64,000 nucleotides of DNA from Polyangiaceae bacterium (GTDB lineage: Bacteria; Myxococcota_A; Polyangia; Polyangiales; Polyangiaceae): positions 384,001 through 448,000 of the forward strand of contig CBDCTZ010000011.1 of the NCBI GenBank assembly GCA_965222375.1, written 5' to 3'. The position numbers and the translations under genes are program-made. The notes beneath the pieces were generated by a model that saw nothing but the letters and a program-made list of their open reading frames with translations, made no database searches and was not told the origin of the DNA. Within the stretch, counting starts at the first letter, position 1; the number at the start of each line of letters is the position of its first letter. Below, one piece after another: positions 28,558 to 37,107 of the stretch.

Positions 28558-30306
28558 ATGGCGGACGGCGCTGAATTCTGTTGGATCAGCCGAGAGGGGC
28601 ATCTCCAGAGCGGGCATCGCGAACGCATGCTGGCGTGCCTCAAGGATGGTTCGCTACCCACCGATAATCCCGTCACCCGCGCGGGTTGGTCCGGCTGGTT
28701 CGCGGCTGGGGAAGTCATCGCCAACGACGGGGCGCCCACCGAGCGGGAGCCCACCTTTGATTTGGTTCGGGTATCTCGCCGTTTCGACTTGGATGCGGAT
28801 TCGACCATTCAGCGCTTGAAGAAGCTGCCGAGCTTCGAAGACGCCCCCGACACTCTTCGCGACTCCAAGCCTCCGCTCACACCGGTGCCCAGCAACCCGA
28901 CCCACGAGCTGCCCACGGTGCCGAGCGGGATCCCTGCATTCTGCCCGGAAGACGCAGCCGTTTCGAGCAGCGCAGCTCCGTCGGCATCTCGCGTGACCCT
29001 GCAGTCTCCCCAGTTCCCTCCCAAACTCGCCGCGCTGCTTGGCCCCCCCAAGACCCCGGCGCGTCCCGAGCCCCCGCCGCTCCCAGCGCGGGCAGTGGCC
29101 GCGGCGTCCGAGAACCCCCAGGTGGTGACACCGACCCAAGTACCGTCGGTCTTCCCAACCGCAATCGACGTGAGCCCCAGCGCCCGAGGGGCCTCGCCTT
29201 GGCCCGCAATGGTCGGGATCGGCCTCGCGCTGGCCGGTGCGGCGACGGCGGCCATGATTGTCGCGCATGCTGCCTCCCAGCTCGAAGCGCCGAGGCTTCA
29301 CAGCGCCGCTCGGGTCACGATCCCCAAGGTCACGCCGAAACCCGTACTGCCGACCCAATGTCGCTCCGCGGGAGACCCGCGCTTGCTCACCAAGATTGTG
29401 CCGCCTGGCTCCACCGTACACATCGGTGGTGAGCACCGGCTCGAAGTGGGCGTGCCCAACTCCCTGAAGTCCGGTTTGGGTTTGACTCTGGAGCCCACTG
29501 ATCTCAGCGAGCACTCCCGAGAAGTCTTTGCGGACTCGGTTCGCGTGTCGGGCATCGTGCCCCGAGGGGACGGAGGTTTTTCCGTTGACCGCTACACAGT
29601 GAGCGTTGCGGGGCGGTTTTCTTTGGGCATGACCCCAGAAGGGTTTGCGCGGATCGATTCCGATGGGACCCGTCGTGGAATTTGGCCCGGAGAAGCCTCG
29701 AGCGTCATCACTCGCCCGGTGGTCGCCCAAGCTCGCAGCGGCGATTTCGTCGTGGCGTTTCGTCGTGGCGCCGGCGGCGGTAGCGTTCGCATGGGCATCG
29801 TGGACTCCGAAGGCAACAAGCGTACGGAACTCGCCCGACTGGGAACGGATCTCATCAGCGCGGGTTCACCCAGCGTCGCGGTCGGTGCAGATTCGACGGC
29901 CGTACTCTTCTCGGGGATGGATCGCGACGGAGTTCGACGCCTGTACATGGGTGTTGCTGCGAGCGGAGCCGTACCCAGTGCAGTTCAGGCACTGGAGCTG
30001 TCGTCCAAAACGCCGTCTAGTCCCTCCGTCGCTGCCCTCGAGGGCGGACGTTTTCTCGTTGCCTGGGTGGAGCGCAGGGGTGGCGGCCGCAGCATCAAGG
30101 GCCGTGTGGTGGACGCCAAGCTGCGTCCCGTGGCGCCAACGACGACCTGGGCGGACATCGACGTGCCCGTGGCATCCACCGCGCTCTGGGTTCGGCCCAA
30201 GGGCGCGGCGGTCTTGCTCACGAAGGTCGCGGCCAGCTCCCGCCATGAACTGTCGGCGGTTCGGCTCGAGTGCTTGCCTCGGTCGCCCAGCTCGGCGTCC
30301 CCCTGA
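28558..30306 (+). CDS. Hypothetical membrane-anchored protein (Pro-rich linker, one TM helix)
   Basis: Long ORF: N-terminal GW..W module, Pro-rich region, TM helix, beta-rich C-terminus. Confidence 0.7.
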   Translation: MADGAEFCWISREGHLQSGHRERMLACLKDGSLPTDNPVTRAGWSGWFAAGEVIANDGAPTEREPTFDLVRVSRRFDLDADSTIQRLKKLPSFEDAPDTLRDSKPPLTPVPSNPTHELPTVPSGIPAFCPEDAAVSSSAAPSASRVTLQSPQFPPKLAALLGPPKTPARPEPPPLPARAVAAASENPQVVTPTQVPSVFPTAIDVSPSARGASPWPAMVGIGLALAGAATAAMIVAHAASQLEAPRLHSAARVTIPKVTPKPVLPTQCRSAGDPRLLTKIVPPGSTVHIGGEHRLEVGVPNSLKSGLGLTLEPTDLSEHSREVFADSVRVSGIVPRGDGGFSVDRYTVSVAGRFSLGMTPEGFARIDSDGTRRGIWPGEASSVITRPVVAQARSGDFVVAFRRGAGGGSVRMGIVDSEGNKRTELARLGTDLISAGSPSVAVGADSTAVLFSGMDRDGVRRLYMGVAASGAVPSAVQALELSSKTPSSPSVAALEGGRFLVAWVERRGGGRSIKGRVVDAKLRPVAPTTTWADIDVPVASTALWVRPKGAAVLLTKVAASSRHELSAVRLECLPRSPSSASP

Positions 30307-30311
30307 TTCGT

Positions 30312-32075
30312 CTAGTTCTTACAGGCGAAGGGGCGAGGTCCGGACATCCCGAGGCGGGGGGAACTCTGGTTGTAGCGCTTGGGGTCTTCGGCGACGACTT
30401 GCTTCCGATTTGCCAGCGAGTGCGCGAAGGCGTCTCGCAACAGGGTCTCGGTGTCGATGCGCACTCGACCGGTCAGATCCACGCCCTCGAACAGGCCGTC
30501 CCCCCCCGTTGCCAGATAGTCACTCGTGATGATCACGAGCGAGGCATCGTCCTGGATTGGGCGACCGCGGCCGTCCAGCGCGGTGACTCCGAGTTTTCCG
30601 CCTTGGCAGGTGACTCGCAGGCGCATGCCACTGACGGAGAGCATGCCGTGCGCGGTGGATTGCACGTGGCGCTTCAGTACCGAGGCCAATTCCGCCCCGG
30701 TCAAGGTGACGCGCGCAACCCGGTTATCGAAAGGCATGGTCTCGAACAGCTTTCCGTAGCTCAGGGGACCAGGTGGCAGATCAGCTCTGAGTCCGCCGCC
30801 ATTCATGATCGCGATTTGGCCATCGGTCGCGAATTCCAGCAGTAGGTCCGACAGCAGGTTGCCCAGGTCCGACGCTTGGTCGAAGGCGCGCCGCACCGTG
30901 CCCTTGATCTCCACTCCCACTTTGGCGTTGCGCTTGGTTGCAGCGCGCTGCTGCGCTGGTTGAATCGAACTGGCAATGGCGCTGTCAGGCGCGATGACCA
31001 CACCTTCGTACTTCGCTCCGGTGCAGGGTGGCCGTTCGGAATTCGACGCACACAAATCCTGGGGTGGATGCAGGGTGAGCCGCACGGGACCGTGTGGCGG
31101 CACGAAGGCGTCCACCCTGGAGAACGCGCGCCCATAAGCGTGCGCTTGCACCACGACGATGCCGTTCATCCGATGAGCCACGGCTTTGTGGGTGTGCCCC
31201 CCGAAGATGATGTCGACGCTTCCCTTGGGCAGCGCCCGGGTCAACTGCTCCAATTCGGAGCCGGGTTTGCAACTGGAAGTATCTGCTGGGTTCGAAAAAT
31301 CGCTGCAGTCGGCACCCAGGTGCGTCATCGCGACGACGAGTCGCGCGCCAGCCTTGCGCAAAGCGGCAGCCTGTTGGGTCAGTCGAGGCGCGAGAGGGGC
31401 GACGCTGAGCCCCTCGAAATATGCCGGCATGACGATCTTCGGCGTCTCTTCCGTGATCCCGCCCACGAGGCCAACCCGTACGCCGGCAACCTCCACCAGC
31501 ACGGAGTCCCCGAGCCCGCGCCAGGCGGGGCGCTTGCGAGTGCGCGCGTCGACCAAGTTCACGCTGAGGACGGGGTGCCCGGCCTCGCTGATTCGCGCAC
31601 GAAGCGCCCCGAATAGATCGACACCTGGGCTAGGACTCACGTCTCCCTCGGGGCCGAAGTCGAACTCGTGGTTGCCCAAGGCGACGGCGTCGTAACCAAG
31701 AGCGCGATACGCTTGCACCACGACGCGACCCTCTTCCTGATTGGAATCCAGCGTACCCTGCAGGTAGTCCCCGGCGTCCAGCAGCAGCACGCCACCGTCT
31801 TGGGCGCGCAAGGTTCGGAGCTGCTGCACGAAGCTCGACAGCAGAGGCAAGGCTTCGATGTGGCCATGCAGATCCGTGGTGCCAACGAGGGTCAAGGTCT
31901 TGCCCCCACCGGCGGAGGGCGCGACGGCCGGGGCTTTTGGCGCCGCCGGCGGGTTCCCGCTCGCGGCGCGCTCGCAGTTGGCCGCTACGGGGAAGCAGGC
32001 TAGCAGCATGGCTGCGAAGGCGAAGCGCGCGCCAGTGCTGGAGCCAGTTGTCATCGGCCTACGCCGCATGAACAA
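30312..32075 (-). CDS. Bifunctional metallophosphatase/5'-nucleotidase
   Basis: TTDLHG, DAGD, LGNHEFD, GGHTH, NGGGLR, PFDN, YLATGGDG. Confidence 0.93.
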   Translation of the reverse strand: MFMRRRPMTTGSSTGARFAFAAMLLACFPVAANCERAASGNPPAAPKAPAVAPSAGGGKTLTLVGTTDLHGHIEALPLLSSFVQQLRTLRAQDGGVLLLDAGDYLQGTLDSNQEEGRVVVQAYRALGYDAVALGNHEFDFGPEGDVSPSPGVDLFGALRARISEAGHPVLSVNLVDARTRKRPAWRGLGDSVLVEVAGVRVGLVGGITEETPKIVMPAYFEGLSVAPLAPRLTQQAAALRKAGARLVVAMTHLGADCSDFSNPADTSSCKPGSELEQLTRALPKGSVDIIFGGHTHKAVAHRMNGIVVVQAHAYGRAFSRVDAFVPPHGPVRLTLHPPQDLCASNSERPPCTGAKYEGVVIAPDSAIASSIQPAQQRAATKRNAKVGVEIKGTVRRAFDQASDLGNLLSDLLLEFATDGQIAIMNGGGLRADLPPGPLSYGKLFETMPFDNRVARVTLTGAELASVLKRHVQSTAHGMLSVSGMRLRVTCQGGKLGVTALDGRGRPIQDDASLVIITSDYLATGGDGLFEGVDLTGRVRIDTETLLRDAFAHSLANRKQVVAEDPKRYNQSSPRLGMSGPRPFACKN

Positions 32076-32080
32076 ATCCC

Positions 32081-32929
32081 TCAGCTTGCTTCTAGCAGTC
32101 CCCGCAGACGCGCCGGCGGAATCCGATATTCCTTCCGACAGTAGTCGCAGGTGATTTCGAGCACTTCACCATCGGACAAGAGTTCTTCTATTTCGCTGCG
32201 CCCCAGAGTTGCAATGGCGCTTACCAACCGGAGTTCGTCGCACCAACACGAAAAGCCCACCGCGCTCTCGTCTAGTTGGGTGAACTCCATCCCATACAGC
32301 AACTGGTCCAAGAGCCAAGTGGGAGAGAAGCTGTTGTCCAGGAGCAACGCATCGATGTTTTTGAAGTCCTCCAGACGTTCGGTCATGACCATCAGCGGGC
32401 GCCGACCAACCTCGGGCAGCAGCTGCACGATGTAGCCGCCAGCGCTGACCACGTTATCGTCGTCAATGAGCGTGCCGACGGAAATCATGCTGACCACTTG
32501 CTCGGACGTCTGCATGTACGCCATCAGTGCTTCTGAGACGCCACCGCCCTCGGGTACCTCCACCACGCCCTGATTGAGGCGCCCCCCGGGAAGGCTGCGC
32601 ATGGACTGAAGCAGGGCGCCTGGGCCGAGATCCACGTCCCCCTCGGACTTGCGCTGGATCAAACCCCGCGTACCGCCCGAGGGGTGCGCGTCGGCCACCA
32701 GGCTGCCGCTGCCCTGAGCGCCCTTCAAGATGGTTTGGACGCGCAGGTTCGGCGCCATGGTCTCTCGGATCAACACGGCGCCAGTCAGCAGGTCGCCGAA
32801 GCTGCCGGCGGTCTTGCCGGTGACCCGCTGCGCATCGAGTACGGCCCCAACGGTCTGGGTCGTTTGAGCAACGACGACGCGGAAGGCCCCGTCATTGGTC
32901 ATGGCGCGCAGCACGGTGTCGCTCGTCAC
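32081..32929 (-). CDS. hslO: Hsp33 redox-regulated chaperone
   Basis: YMQTSEQ, AGGYIVQLLP, CWC...CDYC zinc motif. Confidence 0.93.
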   Translation of the reverse strand: MTSDTVLRAMTNDGAFRVVVAQTTQTVGAVLDAQRVTGKTAGSFGDLLTGAVLIRETMAPNLRVQTILKGAQGSGSLVADAHPSGGTRGLIQRKSEGDVDLGPGALLQSMRSLPGGRLNQGVVEVPEGGGVSEALMAYMQTSEQVVSMISVGTLIDDDNVVSAGGYIVQLLPEVGRRPLMVMTERLEDFKNIDALLLDNSFSPTWLLDQLLYGMEFTQLDESAVGFSCWCDELRLVSAIATLGRSEIEELLSDGEVLEITCDYCRKEYRIPPARLRGLLEAS

Positions 32930-32991
32930 GGTCTGTTCGATCTTAGCACGGGAAAGCGTTTGCCAATTTCGGCAGTTTTGCCCGGCGTCCT

Positions 32992-33171
32992 CTAATTCAG
33001 AGTCACGTCGGCGTCCGGGCTATCCGCGTCGTCGTCTGGGATGCGATACACCTCGTTCATCCAGTTCGACAGATCCACGAGCTTGCAACGCTTGGAGCAG
33101 AACGGCCGAGGAGTAAAGTCTTCCGGTGCGTCTTCGATGGTCTTGCTGCAGATGGGACAGTTGATACGCAT
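32992..33171 (-). CDS. yacG: DNA gyrase inhibitor YacG (59 aa, absent from ORF track)
   Basis: MRINCPICSKT...RPFCSKRCKLVDLSNWMNEVYRIP. Confidence 0.93.
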   Translation of the reverse strand: MRINCPICSKTIEDAPEDFTPRPFCSKRCKLVDLSNWMNEVYRIPDDDADSPDADVTLN

Positions 33172-33174
33172 GGC

Positions 33175-34209
33175 TCAATTGGCGGCGCCCGGGGAACGAT
33201 TGACGCGCATGAAGTCGACGGAGTTGTTGTTGGTGTCTTTGCCGTTGGGCGAGCGGCCCACGGACTTCGTGGCGGTGCCTGCCTGGGAAAACGCTGATGT
33301 CTCCACGAAGGGGTGGCTCGGGCTCACGCCCCCGTAGCCGACGGAATCCACCTTTGCCGCGCTGGGGTCGAACAGCGCGATACCGGATGTGTTGCCCAAG
33401 CCGGAACCCGGGTTCAGCAGCGTTGCGTTCTTCGCTCCCGTGAAAGCATTGCCGCCAATGACCCAATAGGCCCCGGCCGCCAGGGTATCTCCGCCAGCGC
33501 CGATCCACTTGTCAGCTTGTGGGCTACCGCTCTGCGATGCGTACACGATCTTCCAGCCCGCCAACGACGCCGTGCAGCTCCCGTAGTTGTACAACTCGAC
33601 GAATTCGTCGAACCCACCCCCGGGACCGGTGGTGGCCACTTCGTTGACGACGATGGTCTTGCACCCAGCTCCGCCAGTCCCGCCGCCGGTGCCGCCGGTC
33701 GCACCCCCAGTGCCGCCGGTCGCGCCCCCGGTTCCTCCAGTCGCACCGCCGGTGCCGCCGGTCGCTCCACCCGTTCCTGCATCTGAGCCGCAGAGCGTCG
33801 CGTAGTCGGAGCAACAATTGCTGAAGCCCTCGCAAGAACTGTCGCAGTAGCAAGCGGGGTTGCTTCCAGGGACCGGCCCGGACTGGCCGCAGCGGCTCGC
33901 ACAACTCGGGGCACCGCCCGTGCCCCCGGCGGCGCCGCCCGTTCCACCGCTCGCGCCACCGGTGCCTGAATCCACGCCGCCACTACCTCCAGTGGGACCC
34001 GAGCCACCGGTCCCAGAGGTGCCGCCAAAAGCCCCGAAGGCGCCTGTCCCGCCGTCGAAACCCACGCCGCCACTGTTGCCGTTCTTGAGCTTCTCGAACT
34101 CCCCGGGGGGGATGAACTCGTGCTCCGGAAAGGAGCAGCCCGCTGCCGCGGCTACGCCAGCCAGAGCCGGCGCGGCGCGAAGAAGCCAGGTGCGAAGCGA
34201 AGAGTGCAT
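33175..34209 (-). CDS. Lipoprotein with somatomedin-B-like and lamin-tail domains
   Basis: AAGC lipobox; SCASRCG...CYCD..C....NCC.DY..LC; VVNEV...EFVELYN...SPGAAN. Confidence 0.82.
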   Translation of the reverse strand: MHSSLRTWLLRAAPALAGVAAAAGCSFPEHEFIPPGEFEKLKNGNSGGVGFDGGTGAFGAFGGTSGTGGSGPTGGSGGVDSGTGGASGGTGGAAGGTGGAPSCASRCGQSGPVPGSNPACYCDSSCEGFSNCCSDYATLCGSDAGTGGATGGTGGATGGTGGATGGTGGATGGTGGGTGGAGCKTIVVNEVATTGPGGGFDEFVELYNYGSCTASLAGWKIVYASQSGSPQADKWIGAGGDTLAAGAYWVIGGNAFTGAKNATLLNPGSGLGNTSGIALFDPSAAKVDSVGYGGVSPSHPFVETSAFSQAGTATKSVGRSPNGKDTNNNSVDFMRVNRSPGAAN

Positions 34210-34264
34210 GGGACCCGTCAGAGGGTAGCGCGAGCGAGGCGATAGGACTAGCGTCCGGCTTCCC

Positions 34265-36343
34265 ATGAGCGAAGTTCTACTACTGGAAATCGGCACTGAG
34301 GAGCTTCCTGCCTCGTTCGTGGCGTCGGGGGTAGCGGCGCTGCCGGGGCTCATCGGGGAGAAGCTCGCTTCTGCCCGGCTGTCTCACGGGGCCATTACCG
34401 CCGCCGGCACGCCGCGGCGCTTGGCGGTCTGGGTCGAGGATGTGCCCGAGCGGCAGCCGGATCTGGACGAAGAGGTGACCGGGCCCCCTGTGCGCGTTGC
34501 ATTCGACAAGGACGGCGCGCCCACCCGAGCCGCTCAGAGCTTCGCGGACAAGATCGGTGTGGTCGTCGAATCCCTAGGTCGCGTCGAGACCCCGAAGGGC
34601 GAGTACATCGTCGGTCGCAAGAAGGAAGAGGGCAAGGCGACTACGGAGATCTTGGCACCGGCACTGACCGAGGTTTGCCAGAAGATCCCGTTCCGCAAGT
34701 CCATGCGATGGTCCGATGGTGATACGGCGTTTGGCCGTCCGGTGCGGTGGCTGGTTGCACTACTCGGAGCGCAGACCATTGGTTTCGAATTTGCGGGCTA
34801 CGTAGGCGGTCGAAAGAGCTACGGGCACCGCTTCTTGTCTCCCGAGGCCTTCGAAATCGGCTCCGCCGCGGGCTACGTGGATGCTCTGCGCGAGCGGCAC
34901 GTGCTCGTGCGCATGGAAGAACGCGCGGGCAAGATGAAAGAACGACTAGTGGCGGCTGCGAAGGAAGCGGGGGGTGAGCTCATCGATGATGACTTCTTGG
35001 TCGGCGAAAACGCCTCCTTGGTGGAGGAGCCGCATGTGGTGGTCGGGGGCTTTGAGGATGCCTTCTTGGCGCTGCCGGAACGGGTCATCTTGGACGTTGC
35101 CAAGGGGCATCAACGCTACTTCGGTGTGCGCAGCGCCGATGGCAACCTGATGGCCAAGTACCTGGCCGTAGTGAACACCGCGCTGAAGCCCGCCAACATT
35201 CGCCTCGGAAACGATCGCGTGATGCGTGCGCGGCTGGCGGATGCGAAGTTCTTCTACGATGAAGACTTGAAGGCGCCCTTGGATAGCCGCCTCGACAAAC
35301 TCGATGCGGTCGTCTTCCACAAGCGACTGGGCAGCATCGGCGACAAGGTCCGGCGCATCACTCGGCTGGTGGACGCATTGGGCAAGCAGCTTTCGCTGTC
35401 TACGGAGACTATCCGCGTGGCGACTCAAGGCGCCGCTCTTGCCAAGTGTGATCTAACGACCCTGATGGTCGGAGAACTGCCGGAACTGCAAGGCGAGATG
35501 GGGCATGCCTATGCTCTGAAACAGGGCACCGCCGGGGAGGTGGCTCGGGTGATCGCCGAGCACTACCAGCCCAAGGGCGCTGACGATCCCACCGCAGAGA
35601 GCGACGCCGGCGCGTTGGTGGGCCTCGCGGACCGCTTGGACACCCTGACGGGCTGTTTCGCTGTCGGAATCATGCCCACGGGTACGGCGGATCCTCTGGC
35701 ATTGCGCCGCGCCGCCATTGGTAGCTTGCGTACGACCCTGGACAAAGGCTGGGGCCTGTCCGTGAAGGCTGCCACGGCGCAGGCATTCGAAGGCTTCTCG
35801 GGCATCAAACTGGAACACTCGGCGGAGGCCACACAGAGCAAGCTGCTGCCGTTCCTGGAACAGCGGCTGCGCGGCGTGCTGATGGAGCGCCTGCCCCAAG
35901 ACGCAGTGGATGCCTGCCTCGCATCCAGCGCGGACGTGCCCCACGATGTGGCCCTACGCGCTTCTGCCCTGGGCGCCCTCGACGCGGAGGTGCGAGCTTC
36001 CGCTGGCGAAGTCTTCAAGCGCGCGGCGAACATTGCCAAGAATGCGCCAGAGGGTGAGCCCCGCCCGCCCCAAGAAGTGGACAAAGACGTGCACCCGAGT
36101 GAAGCGGCGGCCTACGACGCTCTCGGCAAGCTCGACGCGGAAGTGACAGCTGCGCGCGAGACCGGCGACTATGGCGTGATCGTGCATGCCATTGCCCAGT
36201 TCGCGCCGACCCTCGGCAAGTACTTCGATGACGTCATGGTCATGGCCGACGACGCAGCTGTGCGGGACAATCGACTTCGTTTCATGGCCAAGGTGCAGCG
36301 CATCTGCACCAGCGTGGCCAATTTCAATCTGCTTGCTCGCTAG
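34265..36343 (+). CDS. glyS: Glycine--tRNA ligase beta subunit
   Basis: LLEIGTEELP, TPRRLAV, KSMRW, ARLADAKFF, ADPLALRR, NRL. Confidence 0.97.
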   Translation: MSEVLLLEIGTEELPASFVASGVAALPGLIGEKLASARLSHGAITAAGTPRRLAVWVEDVPERQPDLDEEVTGPPVRVAFDKDGAPTRAAQSFADKIGVVVESLGRVETPKGEYIVGRKKEEGKATTEILAPALTEVCQKIPFRKSMRWSDGDTAFGRPVRWLVALLGAQTIGFEFAGYVGGRKSYGHRFLSPEAFEIGSAAGYVDALRERHVLVRMEERAGKMKERLVAAAKEAGGELIDDDFLVGENASLVEEPHVVVGGFEDAFLALPERVILDVAKGHQRYFGVRSADGNLMAKYLAVVNTALKPANIRLGNDRVMRARLADAKFFYDEDLKAPLDSRLDKLDAVVFHKRLGSIGDKVRRITRLVDALGKQLSLSTETIRVATQGAALAKCDLTTLMVGELPELQGEMGHAYALKQGTAGEVARVIAEHYQPKGADDPTAESDAGALVGLADRLDTLTGCFAVGIMPTGTADPLALRRAAIGSLRTTLDKGWGLSVKAATAQAFEGFSGIKLEHSAEATQSKLLPFLEQRLRGVLMERLPQDAVDACLASSADVPHDVALRASALGALDAEVRASAGEVFKRAANIAKNAPEGEPRPPQEVDKDVHPSEAAAYDALGKLDAEVTAARETGDYGVIVHAIAQFAPTLGKYFDDVMVMADDAAVRDNRLRFMAKVQRICTSVANFNLLAR

Positions 36344-36344
36344 T

Positions 36345-36830
36345 TCACGACTGAACCGACTCCACTGCTTCCCGCAGCAGGTTGGTCAGGCGTTCGCGGG
36401 TCCACCGAGCGTCATGCTCGCCTAATTGTTCGGCTAGCCACGCCGCGGATGCCTCGCCGTCGTCGAATACCTTGGTCGGCGCTGCGGGGCGCCCGGTCAG
36501 AATCATCGTGCTCATGAAGGCCCGTACCGCCGTGCCGACGAGTCCCGTCGACAAGACCAAGTGGGCGACAGCCAGCGAGAACACCTCTGTCTGGGTCGCC
36601 CGCTGCGTCGACTTTCTCACGTCGTCATCGAACGCCGGCCGACTCTGCCCAGTCACCACGTTGAACAGGGCGACGCCGCCTGGACGAGATTGGGAGAGCT
36701 TGCGCCCCGCTGCTTCAAGGGTATCGATCTGTGCCGATGTTGGAGGCTTGGTCCACACCGCGACGATCAAGTTGTCCGACGCTGCTAGGTGCAGCGAATC
36801 ATCTCGATGAAGTGTCGATAGGGTCGTCAC
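36345..36830 (-). CDS. Hypothetical protein (STAS/SEC14-like, myxobacterial type)
   Basis: A.LV...GLVGTAVRAF...PTKVF....A..WL pattern. Confidence 0.6.
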   Translation of the reverse strand: MTTLSTLHRDDSLHLAASDNLIVAVWTKPPTSAQIDTLEAAGRKLSQSRPGGVALFNVVTGQSRPAFDDDVRKSTQRATQTEVFSLAVAHLVLSTGLVGTAVRAFMSTMILTGRPAAPTKVFDDGEASAAWLAEQLGEHDARWTRERLTNLLREAVESVQS

Positions 36831-37107
36831 TGGCGCTTGATAGTAAGCCAGCCTCGAACCGATTGCCCCCGGCGCAGCATGCGATAACGCGCGAGAGTAG
36901 TGCCCCAACGCCGCGACCCCAAAATCAAGCGGCGGGACCTGCTCCTCAGAGGGGTTCGACGCGGGGTGTCATCTTCCGAGTCGGGGGGAAACGACCTGAA
37001 TCCCCACGGCCACCGGCGAGTGCGCAAGGTTTGCCGGTGCCGCGCCGGCGTGGACGTTTGAGTCTATTGCGTCCGGCTAGGCGCTCTGCGATGAAGTGCG
37101 CTGTCCC

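Noticed and set aside
33670..33780. GGTGGAT peptide repeat region
   Set aside because: Ordinary Gly-rich linker of a myxobacterial-type lipoprotein
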